Of a stretch of DNA of 63,946 bases, positions 41,601-54,035 are shown in pieces (the first letter of the stretch is position 1; every line of letters starts with the position of its first letter). A program made the position numbers and the translations under genes. This DNA comes from Guillardia theta CCMP2712 (lineage: Eukaryota > Protista > Cryptophyta). Location: NCBI RefSeq assembly GCF_000315625.1, contig NW_005434653.1:722045-785990 (forward strand). The letters run 5' to 3'. A model generated the notes under the pieces. It was given only the letters and a program-made list of their open reading frames with translations. It made no database searches and was not told the origin of the DNA.

Positions 41601-44600
41601 AACCTCGAAGATCTCAATAGCGATCTCCCTGCTGACGCTGCCGACCAGGTTGGAGGCCGTCACGCGATGATAGGTCGGGTGCAGGTGGACTCGCTGCTGG
41701 GGAGACCCGCTGATGCAGCCGTTGCTGGGGTCTAGCTTGAGGCCCTCGGGGAGGGGAGGGTCGACCTGAGCAGAGGAGAGTAAGGAGCGAGAGATGCAGT
41801 GAGGAGGGAGGGACGAGGAGGAATAGGAGAAAGAGAGAGGAAGGGAGGAAGGGAAAAGGAAGGAGAGGGAAGAGGGGGAGGGAGAGAGAGTGAGAGGAGA
41901 TGTTGGAGAGGAATGAGGTACAGTAGCGGTATGCTACTCAACATCTTCTGCTCACCTCGAAGCTCCAGGGCCCTCCGCCCCTGAGGTAGGTCACGATGTT
42001 TCCCTTGCCGCAGCCGCGGGTACCATGGAAGCCCATGTGGTTGAGCAGGAGACGAGGAGGATGCTTCTTCCCGATCTCCAGCAGCTTCGCCACGTCTCGG
42101 ACGTAGTTGGTCCGAGCCTTCTGCTGGTTTGTCATGGTAGAGCTCAGCTGGGAGCTCAGCTCGGAGTGGACCAGCGAGCCCTCCTCCTTGGTGGAGTTGA
42201 AGTGCTCCAGAGTCTTCCAGGTCGGCGGAGACAGGTCCTTGTTGCCCATCATGGTGGAAACCTGAGCCAGAGTAAGCGGAGGGAGAAGTCGACGGGGGAG
42301 GGAGGGGTGGTGAGCAAGGGAGGAAGCAGAGGGGTAGAAAGGAAGTAGAAGTGAAATGGGAGGGGAGGAGAGGGAGGGAGGAAGAGCAGAACGAGGAGGA
42401 GCAGAAAAAGCAGTGCAAGTAGTAGAAGTAGGAGTAGGAGGAGGAGGAGAGGAGGAGAGGAGGCCTAGGGGATCGCGTGCTGTCACCCTATAAGTTCGGA
42501 GAAATTTCTTCATGAATCTGGTCTCTGTCATGTCAGACTTCAACGCGCTCTTGACCAGGAGGGCGACAAAGGCGAACGAGTTCCTTGCTCCAGCCCCCTG
42601 GGTTCCCCTCTTCATGGTGTTCATCCTCCACTGATTCTGCATCCTGCCACATCCTCAATACCTCCCCAATCCCATCTCCCGCAAGCTTCGGCGCTTCTCT
42701 TACTTCTTGATGATCCCCAGCACTCGGTCGAAATGCTCCTTCCACCTCTTGAACTTGAGCATCAGGAAGTTCTTGTACATCCTTCGATGGTACCTGCGAC
42801 ATCGCTGACATCTTGTTGCATCTCTCCTCCCCAAGTCACTTCCCCCATCCATTTCTTGCACCAGCAGCATCACCTCCCTCCACTACCACCACTTGTTCCT
42901 GTTCCTGTTCCTATTCCTGCTCCTCCTCTGCCCCTCTCATCTCTTTTTCCACCTCCTCTTTTCTTCACCATCGACCACAACCTCCTCCTTCTCCACTCTC
43001 CTCCCTTTCTCTGTTTCCCTTCCCTCTCCTCCCATCCTCCCCTACCAGTGTCTCAGGGTTCGCACGGCATTCTTAGTTTTCACTTTCTTCCACTGCAGGA
43101 ATTGCTGGTCGGAAGGACGTCAAACAGGCAGGCACGTACTGGGCATTCTCACCTTCTTCACGTAGATTTTGAGCTGCTTCCTCCGCAAGAATCGCTGCAC
43201 AACTTTTGCCGCCTTGACCTGCAGCAGGGGATCAGCTGGGGAGGAGGAGACAGCAGGAGTCCAGCTAGATCGGACCTGCAGCTCTTGCCACTGCCTGCGG
43301 ATGTGCGAGTAGAACGCGTCCCTGCGGGCAAGTTTGACATGCGGTGTCAACTGTCACTCGACTCACTTGCTGCGGTATAGAGTACTTCTTCCGACGCAGT
43401 AGACAACCTTGTCAAACTTGTACGACAGGCTGTGTGGCATGCTGACCACACCGAGGCTTGCAACATTTAGCGTCAGGGAGATACAGGCCCCTCCTCTGAT
43501 CCCTTCCTCCCCCCTTCCCGTCCATCCCCCGCCACTTGGTTACCGGAACTTCTCTGAAACCTCTCCAGTCTCGTTGAACGCAGTGATGATGAAGGGCCTG
43601 ACAGGACAGAATGGTCAGAGAAGCTCGACAGCCTGCCGCAGTCCTACTTCCCCACTGTCACATCCTCCTCAGGAATCCCACAGATCGTCCCTGTCGTCTC
43701 GTCCATCACAATACCACGAGGGAGGGCCGGGTAGATGCGGAACTGCAGCCCCGTCCCTCTCGCAGAGACAAACACTGGCCGCATGCATTCTCCCACACGT
43801 AGAAGGATCTCTGGCGGCTCGACGACAAGCGAGCCTGCAAGGTTGAATTAAGATGGGTCACAATCGACCTGCTCTCCTCTCAAATTTCACCGCCACTCCC
43901 TACCCTATCACTCGCCTCCCTGCTCCCTCCTTCTGCCTCTTTCCACCTTTCCTGGTTCTCCCTTTCCCCTCACTGACTCTGTTCCTCCTCCTCCTCCTCC
44001 CTTCCCCTCCGTCTACCTGGCTTCTCAAAGACTGCAATTGAAATGCTCTTCTCTGCTCGATCCACGAAATTTTCATGCACCACCGAGTGAATCATTCGCG
44101 AGCTGCCCATCAGATCCATCAGCACACGGCAGCAGCAGAATTTGCGTGCAACGTACCCGATGATCGTCAAGTGAGGAGAATAGCCGGAATTCCATCGCAC
44201 TTGTGCTACCCTCTCTGTCGGAGTGTAGGGAGTCCCAAACAGAGTCCTGACCCACAGCAAATCTCATTCATCCCAGCTGTGTACAGTGCAAGTCACCTAC
44301 CCTGTCTGCTGGTCCACGATCAGCCCCGGAGGGAGCGGAGGGGAGACATGGTAGGTTTCTGATCTTCTCTCGTCGTCTTCGCCCGTATGGTTCAAACATC
44401 TCAAGGAGATCGGATCCCCGACCGTTAGCGTCATGTGCTGATACGCATACTGAGCCTGTTCCGGGCGGCTCTGGACCTCAAGTTTGATACTCGTCGATCT
44501 CGCCCCCAACGGATTGCTGCCAATCACTGTGAAGGCGGTCGGAGGAAGAGAAACTCGCGGACAGCCGAAGATACTGCAAGGATTTGAGGTCAACAAGAAG

Positions 44601-45919
44601 ACAGGAAGCATAGCATACCTTCCATCTGACGTTTTGATTTCCATTCCAAGCGGAAGAGGGGGCGATACTCGGTACATCGCACGAGTTCCTCTCTGTCCCC
44701 GGAGCTGAAGAACCGAGAAAGCTTATCAGGGAGACGTCAGCAGGCAGCAGCTCAACCTTGAAGGGCTCCATCTCCTCTCCGCGTCTCAACACGAGGTGCG
44801 GAACTTCATACTTGAGCTCGGACAGCGGTTCAACGACCAAGAAGTTTATCTCCGCCCTGCCATCGACCCTACGGCATCAGAGCTCCAGCAGTGACAACCA
44901 CGAACAGACCTAGCTCGGGCTTGAGACTTCCTAGAAAGCTGGAGATGACTTGAGTCTTGTGCGTTGGCGCTCTCGACTATCAGCAGCAAGATACTCCAAG
45001 GAGGCATCGGAGGCAAGTCACTGGCTGGCGTCGACGTGCAGACCTCCGGCGTCCCCGAGATGATTCCAGTTGCCGCATCGATGTCTAGTCCTGTTGGTAG
45101 CGGTTGGGACAGACTGAACTTGATGTTGTCAGTAGGGACTTGAAGGTTCTCTACATCAGGGTGGATAGGATTCATAGGAACCCCTCTCTCCAATACGCAT
45201 GTCTTGCCACAGCAGTAGGTGAACTCCTTGAGATTCGTTCGATCCTCGACATTTTCCCTGGTCTTCGTCCGTCTCACAAAGGATGACCGGTGCGGAGTGT
45301 CCTGGACAAACCTGCATGCACGTCATAAGCGAGCTGGCGGGCAGGTCAGCATCAGGCTATCCTCCACTCTCACCTCGCAAGGAGACTATCTTCCTGGAAG
45401 TTTCGGGATCCCCTCGACAGGAGGGAGGAGATCGCTCTTAGGTGTGCCTCGGACATGCTTACTGTGAGAAGTCCAGTTGGAGCTTCATGGAACGTGAGAC
45501 ATCGTCAAAGTCAGGTGTCGCTGTGACTGAACAAACAACAATCAGCAGCAAGTCCCCTCTCCCCTCTCCTCTCTCCTCTCCTCTCCTCTCCTCTCCTCTC
45601 CTCTCCTCTCCTCTCCTCTCCTCTCCTCCCTTCGCATCTTGTACCTCTCTTGCGAAGTTCGCGCAAGTTCGCGCAATGCTTCAAGCAGAGATCGATATCG
45701 CCATCGCTCAAACTGAAACCGTTACTGGGACATAACGTCTTGTCAAGTGCAACTGTTGCACCGTTACAGCATCGGTTTCCTTGTTTCCTCAAGGTCTAAG
45801 CTGACCGTTACACATACAGCGAATCCGTAACTGTCAAGAGGCACAAAGGCACGAAGATGATGGCAGTGAAGGTGATCGCGTTCATGGCGGCGGCGACGGT
45901 GGCGAGCGGGTGAGCGCAT
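31262..45919 (-). CDS. Giant multi-exon protein (possibly two genes) with at least 9 putative-Ig (He_PIG-like) repeats, an IQ-like motif and long helical/coiled-coil regions
   Basis: Repeated F/Y-x-V-x-P-x-LPxGLxLDxxTGxIxGxP..YxITAxNxxG units at about 45.1, 44.65, 44.3, 43.7, 41.75, 41.47, 41.04, 40.75 and 31.9 kb. IQ-like AAKVVQRFLRRK at about 43.2 kb. The region spans three assembly gaps, so continuity is unproven. Confidence 0.65.
35465..35564. other. Assembly gap (N run). Others at 37107-37206, 38190-38289 and 52387-52737.
   Basis: N runs, each abutting a purine or pyrimidine microsatellite. Confidence 0.99.
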
Positions 45920-45973
45920 GGCTGGAGGGCGAACTTGTTGTAATTTCATGCTCCATGTGCTCGTGCTGAGAGG

Positions 45974-46976
45974 ATGCGCCCCCTGCTGCATTCCTTGCCC
46001 CTCCGATGTGTTTGCGCCGCAAGGTGTACCGAATCCTGCGGCCATGTGTAGTGAGCATGCTCGTGGTGCTATCTGTCCCTCTTCATCTCTTGCACAGCCC
46101 CCTCCTGACATGCTGCCGACTATCAGAATGGCTCTCAAGAGCGATCTTGGTTTCGTTCCCTCGGGCTTCGGTCTCGCCAAGTTCGACTTTTCCTCCCGCG
46201 TGCCCTCCATGGCCCTCAGATCGTCGAAGAAGAGTGGACTCCTTGCCTGCCAGGCTTCCGCTGAGGATCTTGCGCAGAAAATGATTAAGAGGTAATCAGC
46301 ATGTGCTCATCTTTGCTGCAACATATGTGTTTACTGTGCCTCTCTAGTAACAAGGTCATGGTTTTCTCCAAGTCATATTGCCCATTCTGCAACAAGGTAT
46401 GGGTACAGATCGTCTCTTCCCTCCTCTTCTTGCCGTCTTCCTCCTCGTTCCTCCTCCTCTCCTCTTCCTCGTTCTGTTCCCCCCTCTCTGCTTTGGCTGT
46501 CTTGGTATCGTCCTGTTTCCTTGTCTCCACTTCTTCTCCCCATATTCCGCCCTCCTCTCCCCGACATGTCCACTCATTGCCAACGAAAAGGTTGTGACAT
46601 ATTTGACAGGCCAAGTCGACCCTTGATGGTCTTGGTGTCAAGTACGAGGCCATGGAGCTGGACAAGCGGGCTGATGGCTCAGACATTCAGGTGAGCTCAC
46701 AGAGAGGAGACGGGGAGGAACTGAAGGTGAAGTGAAGGACTACATGCTCTCTCTTACTGGCGCTCGCTCTGTTCCTCGTGTGTTTGTCGGCGGGAAGGTA
46801 TGCATGCTACCCCGAGCTCCGTCCCTCACTCTGTGCTGCAGTTCGTTGGAGGAGGAGACGATGTGGTGGCCAAGGCGAAGTCAGGTATGTTGGTGAGCCA
46901 GTCGGAGTCGAGGGGAGGTGATTGTTGGTTTCAAGGCGAGCTGCAAGCGATGCTCAAGCAGGCAGGAGCCATGTGA
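45974..46976 (+). CDS. Dithiol class I glutaredoxin (CPFC), probably plastid-targeted, multi-exon. 5' start uncertain.
   Basis: NKVMVFSKSYCPFCNK|AKSTLDGLGVKYEAMELDKRADGSDIQ|DYMLSLTGARSVPRVFVGGK|FVGGGDDVVAKAKS|GELQAMLKQAGAM*, with an upstream LG-FVPS and a Ser/Lys-rich transit-like stretch. Confidence 0.92.
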
Positions 46977-47031
46977 GCGAGATGTTGATGAAGACGAAGT
47001 CGTCGCGTCACGGGCTACCAGTGAAGAGATT

Positions 47032-49489
47032 TCACAGAGTGAAGCTTGTCATAGTTTCCACATTCTTTGTTGTTGTCAAGAAGCATTTCACATCCCATCC
47101 GGCCTGTTGACTTCGACGATGCTCTCTACCTCCATCAATGCCTGCTGCTTCGTCCGCGTGCTGGGCTTGCAGTTGACCAGACACAATATCTTGTCCTCGT
47201 CCAGGTTTCTGATCGATATCGTCACAGGAGGAAGCAGTACACTTCATCCCTACGTGGCTCGTTCCTTGCCGAGTGACGTGGACTTGACGACATACCTACC
47301 CCCCCCGCACGCTCCTTAGTCTCTCCACCTCTCCCTCCTTTTCCTCCTCCCCTCCTCCCCCTCCTCCCCTTCTCTGCCTCCTCCTCTCTTCCACCGCAAC
47401 GTAATACCTGAAGAAAAGTTCCGGTCCTTCGTCTCGGACGGTCCGTACCTGAAGAAGAGATCACTGTAATACCGGGAGACGACCGTCGATGTCAAGAGCG
47501 GCAGGGCGAGTAGGGTAAGGGAGAGGGCGAAGCAGAAAGAGAACGAAGCAGGAGACAGGAGGCAGGAGGCAGGAGGCAGGAGGCAGGAGGCAGGAGGCTG
47601 GAGGCAGGAGACAGGGAGGCAGGAGGCAGGAGGGAGCGGCAAGGAGCAGCAAGGAGTCGGGCTTACATTGGTGATAATGCCTTGAGCGCGGGTGATGCCG
47701 ATCCCCGGAACTCGATGTTTGAACATCACCCGGTCTCCGTACCTGTAGAGTGGCTTCTTTACTTCCTTTGCGACTTCTTCCTGCTTCTCCACGAAGTCGT
47801 CCTCTTCACTCTCGCTGTTGTGGATGCTGCTCTGCAGATCTTCTTCTACCGGCTCCTCTCCTCCATTGAGCAGGACTGACAACTCCCTTCGCACCTGTTG
47901 CGACCAATGCACCCATGAGCGACAGGTTGCAATGTGCTCATCGCATTCACTCACAGTTTGAAGGCGAGTATACACCACACTCTGCTTCGAGGCTGTCGAT
48001 ACAACAGTGTTCGCAACAGAGAACTGACTTCTCCTCCCATCCTCAATGTTGCATCTGTCGATCTGACCCTACAGCTGCACCTCACCGAGCCCCACTGGCA
48101 GGAAGCAAAGCATGAAAACTTACATGCCCGCTGTCAGACAACGGGGTCGCGGCTCTGAGCAGTTGTAGAGGTGAGAGGCAGGTAGTCAAAGTTTGTACCG
48201 AAGAAGACACCTGCTGTGAGAGCCGAAGGAGATCGATGGCAAACGAGAGAATTGCGTGTTTGACTCCAGGTCAAGATTTGCGGAGAGGATGTCAGCTGAA
48301 GGGTCAAGGTCAGCAGCAAACATCCTGGGGTCAGGAAACCAGCTAACACCTTGACGTGACAACATCGACGACGACAAGCTTGCTCGACTAGAAGCCTCTG
48401 CTCCCCTGCATGGACCGTCATGTTGCAGGCCCTTTACTTACGGAGAGCTCTCCGCACTTGATCGGATATTCTTGCTCTGAGAACTCAGGGCCTCGATGTG
48501 ACTGTCAGTTTTCCTCCCGTTGACCAAGAGGAACGAACCGAGTTTAGCAACCCGCAAACGTGTAGCATCCTTGACCTTTCCAAAGTGAAGAACATCTCCA
48601 AGCTATCCAGCATGTTAGTCACATTCCCAGTCATCAGTGAGACCTCTTACTTTCAATTTGTGTTGCTTTACGACCATTTTCACTCCGTTGACATACGTAC
48701 CGTTGGAACCACTGCATACCAGCAACATCACAAATGTTCTCAGATGAGGCAAACAAACGCACAGATCATGAAGAATGAAATCGCTTGGGCACTGTGGAGT
48801 GGAAACCAACAAGGCATGCTTGTTGGAAACAACCTGTCGACAGTCATGCTCTTCTAGCTCACCCTAGCTCACCCCGACAGAACGCGAGGTCACCTCGAAC
48901 GCAAAGACGATATCACATCTCCTTGCTCTGCAGACTTGTCACGGGCACGTGGACAAGACGTCTTCTAAGATGCTACCTTCCTATCGACATGTGCCCAGCA
49001 CCCGCCGCGAGTCGGAATGTCTGGCATCGCGAATCAGAGCAGAGCGAGCGAGCTCTGTAATGCTCACCCTCCCCAGCTCGTCCACAAGACGCAAGACAAC
49101 AGCGCTCTCTTCCTCTTGGTGGGCTGCGATCGGCTGGTGCGGCTGACTCTTAGGAAGTGAAACTTCTAGACCGCCGTCACTGGGCTGACGCAACAGGTCA
49201 AGTCGTGATGAGCAGGAGGAGGAGGAGGAGGAGGAACCTTCCTCCTCGCGTCCATGGCTCTTCTGGCGGCTGGCGTGTTTACTCTCATGTCAGGTGCATG
49301 GTCTTCGCCTGAAATGGAGGTGATGAGCTCATTTCAAACTCTCCTCAGCAGTTTCGCTCTACCAAAGTCACTGTCGATGGAGGAGAAGTCTGTGATCAAG
49401 GAGAGATGGCCGAAGGACGCGTCTGTTGAAGCTGCTCTCGTCGTCTCGTTCAGAGACTGGGAGCTCTCCATCGCTCGACCTCTCAGCAT
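47032..49489 (-). CDS. FHA-domain protein, multi-exon. Ends approximate.
   Basis: FHA motifs split over exons: SIGR|ARRCDIVF .. FILHDL|..SNGTYVNGVK (48.65-49.0 kb). A downstream exon contains YRYGDRVMFK..AQGIITN (SH3/Tudor-like by eye only). Confidence 0.65.
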
Positions 49490-49992
49490 TGTGCGCTCCC
49501 CTCCCCCTTCACCTCCCCCTTCACTCCCGCGTCCTCCTTGCTTGTCAACCTCTTTGTGAAGGAAATTTCGGGGCACTCGGACGTGCCGGAGCGGGCCCAG
49601 CACTAACTAGAGATGCAGTGGCCCACTGTTACAGGCTGAGAGCCCGGGTGGGATGGTGAGCCTGGAGCTGTACTGAGCGATCTCACCGCTCATACCTGGA
49701 CGCTGAGACTTGTCACTTGCAAGTCAGTGAAGCAAGAAGCTTTTGGACGACCCCGCCGGTCGGATCTTGCAACGCGGAGCTACAGGCTACCCTGCATGCA
49801 ATCAAACTTCGGAAGGTCACAAAGGAGAGCCAGGAGATGGCCATGCGCTTGGATCGCTTGCTCAATGGGCATGCTTGGAAGTTTTCATATCATCCACAGT
49901 GACTTCTCTGAGCTTCCACCAAGATGAGAAGACTAGAGGCAGGGGGCAACAAGTAGAAAGGAAAAATAATTCCAACGTGTGCATGCGAAAGC

Positions 49993-50427
49993 ATACACTT
50001 GTGTCCAGCCCCATACACCGCTCCTCTCAGATCAGATACCGTCGTTTACTCCCTCGCTTATTTACAAAATAATAGTCTACATCGTCCCACCCCCCTCCTC
50101 CCAATCCCGACCGCGATCATCGCAGTCCCTTGTGCTGCACACATGGAAAGTAACTCCCGTCTAGCCCCCTCCCTCCTGCTGTCGCTTGCAGCCTGCTGAT
50201 GTACGTGATCGAGTGCGCCAGCGCGTTGAGCTTCCGCTGCTTGTCCCTCGGCAGAGCGGCGAACACAAGCGGGTCGAGGTTGACAAGGGCAGGTGCGGAG
50301 GAGGGGGGCTGGGAGCTGCGCAGGGCGGGAGAGGGAGGAGAGGCATGGTGAGGGTGGCTGTGGGCGAGGGCTGGGGCAGGACGAGAGGTCATGGGAGGAG
50401 GGCCGAGGGCGACCAGTGGGAGGAGGG
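49993..50427. repeat. Copy 1 of a ~430-bp direct duplication
   Basis: Nearly identical to 51274-51708. Confidence 0.93.
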
Positions 50428-51273
50428 AGGCAAGGGGGGGGAGGGATATACAAGAGAAGCGAGCGCCCTCGGACCGGCTCTCCGGGTCGAGTCGCGAACA
50501 TGCAACGTTTGAGCCAGGCGTCAGGTCTCGCGGGACTGAAAGGGCTTCATTTCAGAGCTCGACGTATCACGAGATCGCGTCTATGAGGCACGAGGCAAGG
50601 TCTTGACTTCTTGGACGCCAGTGCCGCTAGAAGCCTGGCATGTCTCAGGCCCTCTACCTCCTCCCCCGGTAGCACACGAGACCGGCGGGCCCCGGCTGCC
50701 CCCCTCACGGATCACGGGACCCTCTCGTGATATCCGTGGCGGCTTAGCGACAATGTGTCGCATGCTAGTCAACCTGCTTGGTCACGACCTCTATGGGCCA
50801 AGAGGCCCTGCTAGTCACGAGGGATGGTCATTTCTCGGTTGAAAAAGAAGCCTCTAGAACCTTCCAGTACCTCGAGAAGGCTATCCCCCCAACCGCTGGT
50901 CTCATCTCAAGATATCTTCTTGGAAGCGACAGGTCTTCTTTACTCAAGGTTAAGTTAAAAATCAGTACCACGACAACCAGAAGAAACATGTCTGTGCACG
51001 GTTGCCATCATCATTGTAGACAAGAACGTCCTCAGGGAGCAACCTTCCCTACCAGCTTTCCCCGCTCACTCTCCCCTTCACGTCATATCCTCTCGTCATG
51101 ATCATTCGGAGCCGCCTGCTGCCAGTGAGCATAAGCGTTCGACCACCATACTTGTGCCCATCCCCTTTAGGGTATGCACAGTGTGACGACAGGTGTATCA
51201 GTCGCCTCGAGTATCCTTCCCTGCTACGACCAGGCGCCCATACCCACAAGAGCTACATGTGTGTGCGACAGTA

Positions 51274-51708
51274 TACACTTGTGTGTCCAGATCCGTACAC
51301 CGCTCCTCTCAGATCAGATACCGTCGTTTACTCCCTCGCTTATTTACAAAATAATAGTCTACATCGTCCCACCCCCCTCCTCCCCTCCCGACCGCGATCA
51401 TCGCAGTCCCTTGTGCTGCACACATGGAAAGTAACTCCCGTCTAGCCCCCTCCCTCCTGCTGTCGCTTGCAGCCTGCTGATGTACGTGATCGAGTGCGCC
51501 AGCGCGTTGAGCTTCCGCTGCTTGTCCCTCGGCAGAGCGGCGAACACAAGCGGGTCGAGGTTGACAAGGGCAGGTGCGGAGGAGGGGGGCTGGGAGCTGC
51601 GCAGGGCGGGAGAGGGAGGAGAGGCATGGTGAGGGTGGCTGTGGGCGAGGGCTGGGGCAGGACGAGAGGTCATGGGAGGAGGGCCGAGGGCGACCAGTGG
51701 GAGGAGGG
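51274..51708. repeat. Copy 2 of the ~430-bp direct duplication
   Basis: Nearly identical to 49993-50427. Identical 91-aa minus-strand ORFs in the ORF track. Confidence 0.93.
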
Positions 51709-54035
51709 GCGGTGGGGGGGGGCAGGGATATGCGAGCCTTTACAGCACAGCCACACCCTTTCTCCTCTCGCCTCGTACATTCGATCTCTCCTGATAATGC
51801 CTCCCACCTGAGTTGAGCTCTCCTTCTATCGTCTCGTCGTGTTCACTGTGGATCCAATGGCCTCTCCGATCCATGAGGCATCGCGGACACTCGCTGGTTA
51901 AGCACGGCCGTGTCACCAGAGTCCGGAAGATGATGAATGTGTATAGTCAAACTCAAGTGCTTCTATCTCCTGGTTCATCTCACGTCCTTACACTTTTGTA
52001 CCGTCCGATCGACAACTTCGGCTCTGCGTCTGCACTGTCGAGAGAACGCTGAAGATGAATGCATTTACGCTATCGGTAGTCTCTTTCCTCTCCCTTTCTC
52101 CTTCTCTTCCTCGGACTGTCCAGGGAAATATGTTTCATATCCTAGCCCAAAGCAGCAGACTGTCGTGCTCGTCGTGTTCTAGTAAACGTGGCAGCTGTGA
52201 CTGCTCTGGTGCTTTCCCTCCTTCACGAAGGTTGTGTGTACATCATCTGTGTTGTGTATAGAGAACGGGGACCTTTACCTCTTCTCTTCAGCGATCCTCT
52301 CCCTCTACCTCTCTCCCTCTCCCTCTCCCTCTCCCTCGCCCTCTCCCTCGCCCTCTCCCTCTCCCTCTCCCTCTCCCTCTCCCTCANNNNNNNNNNNNNN
52401 NNNNNNNNNNNNNNNNNNNNNNNNNNNNNNNNNNNNNNNNNNNNNNNNNNNNNNNNNNNNNNNNNNNNNNNNNNNNNNNNNNNNNNNNNNNNNNNNNNNN
52501 NNNNNNNNNNNNNNNNNNNNNNNNNNNNNNNNNNNNNNNNNNNNNNNNNNNNNNNNNNNNNNNNNNNNNNNNNNNNNNNNNNNNNNNNNNNNNNNNNNNN
52601 NNNNNNNNNNNNNNNNNNNNNNNNNNNNNNNNNNNNNNNNNNNNNNNNNNNNNNNNNNNNNNNNNNNNNNNNNNNNNNNNNNNNNNNNNNNNNNNNNNNN
52701 NNNNNNNNNNNNNNNNNNNNNNNNNNNNNNNNNNNNNTCCCCTCTCCCGAGGTCGAAACGGTAGTCTCGTCCGGCGGCTCGCGCGCTGTCGGAGGTCAGT
52801 TTTGCTGTCACTCAAGTTACGAGCGGCCGGGTACTGGTCACCGGGCAGCCCCGGATGGGGGGGAGTGTGCCAGGGACCGTACCTTCAGAACTCCGAAGCA
52901 AGGAATGACATGATCTACCCTGGCAGGCCCTCAGCCTGTCCGAGTCACTCGGATCTGAGGTTGCGAGCAGCACTACAGCACGGTACGGTAGTGACGGCCC
53001 GGCGCAGCGCGAGTCACTGCTGAGTCGGAACTCGGAACTTCGGAACTTGGGAACGACCTGATGGATCGCATGACGGCGCCGTGGCCCGACGGCCCGCCGG
53101 TACGGTCTCGGACTCCCGAGTCCGAGGATCCGAGGCTCGCCCCGGCCGGACGGACGGCCTGGGCCGGGCCCACTGGCCGCCCGGCAGTCACGGCAGTGAC
53201 GGTCCGATCCTTCAAGTTGGGCCCCAGTAGATACGATTTCAACTTTGTTTTGAAAAATTGAAAGTATAGAAAATTTATTTGAAATCTTCTCAAGACGTCT
53301 CTTCGCATTTCATCAGTGCCAACAGTAGGGTTGGGTTACAATGCTCATAGGTGGGGTGATTACAGATGTGGGTACGGGGTAGTGAAGTGTTCAAATATGG
53401 TGGGTAATTAGAAGGACTTGTTGGGGTGAAGATTGATTTTTTTGACAATCGGTGGGGTATTATAATATTTAATGGGGGGTAGGGGTGATTTCGATCCTGT
53501 GGGGTAGGGGTTGGGCGGTCATCAGCAAAATGGGTTGGCGTAGACAATCTGGAAATAGGAGGTGGTGGTGGAGGAGGAGCAGGAGAAGGAGGAGAAGGCG
53601 AAGGAGAAGGAGAAGGAGGTGAAAATATGAAGGAACTTGCAGTGTTTGGTGAGTTGGTGTTGTAGAGATGAAGCATCACTACTGTAGAGTTGGAAGTCAA
53701 GAAAATGGTGATATCAACTAGCGTAATTCAATCCCTAACAATGCATACGAAAAGGCTGAAGGTTCAATGGGAAGGAGAGTAACTAATCTGAAACATGAAC
53801 GAGATTAGTTCATTCCTGACATTTTTCTTTCTTGTTCTTCTCAGGAGGCCCATCGCTGTGGTCAAACCATGGTGCAAGCTGGTGAACTAAGAAACAAGGC
53901 GACGCTGGTAGCTTTGTTTGTGACATCTTCATGTCAGGCGGCGCCTTCTCTCCAGCAGCACGATCAGACTCCAACAAGGTTCACATCTCACCTTCAAGAT
54001 CGTTGCAGTAACATCTCAAGGTGCAGAACCACGGA

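Noticed and set aside
49993-51708. Direct repeats as LTRs of a retrotransposon or TRIM
   Set aside because: No clear TG..CA ends, TSD, PBS, or gag/pol motifs. The repeat contains exon- and intron-like sequence.
52188-52913. ORFs spanning N runs
   Set aside because: Open only because of assembly gaps.
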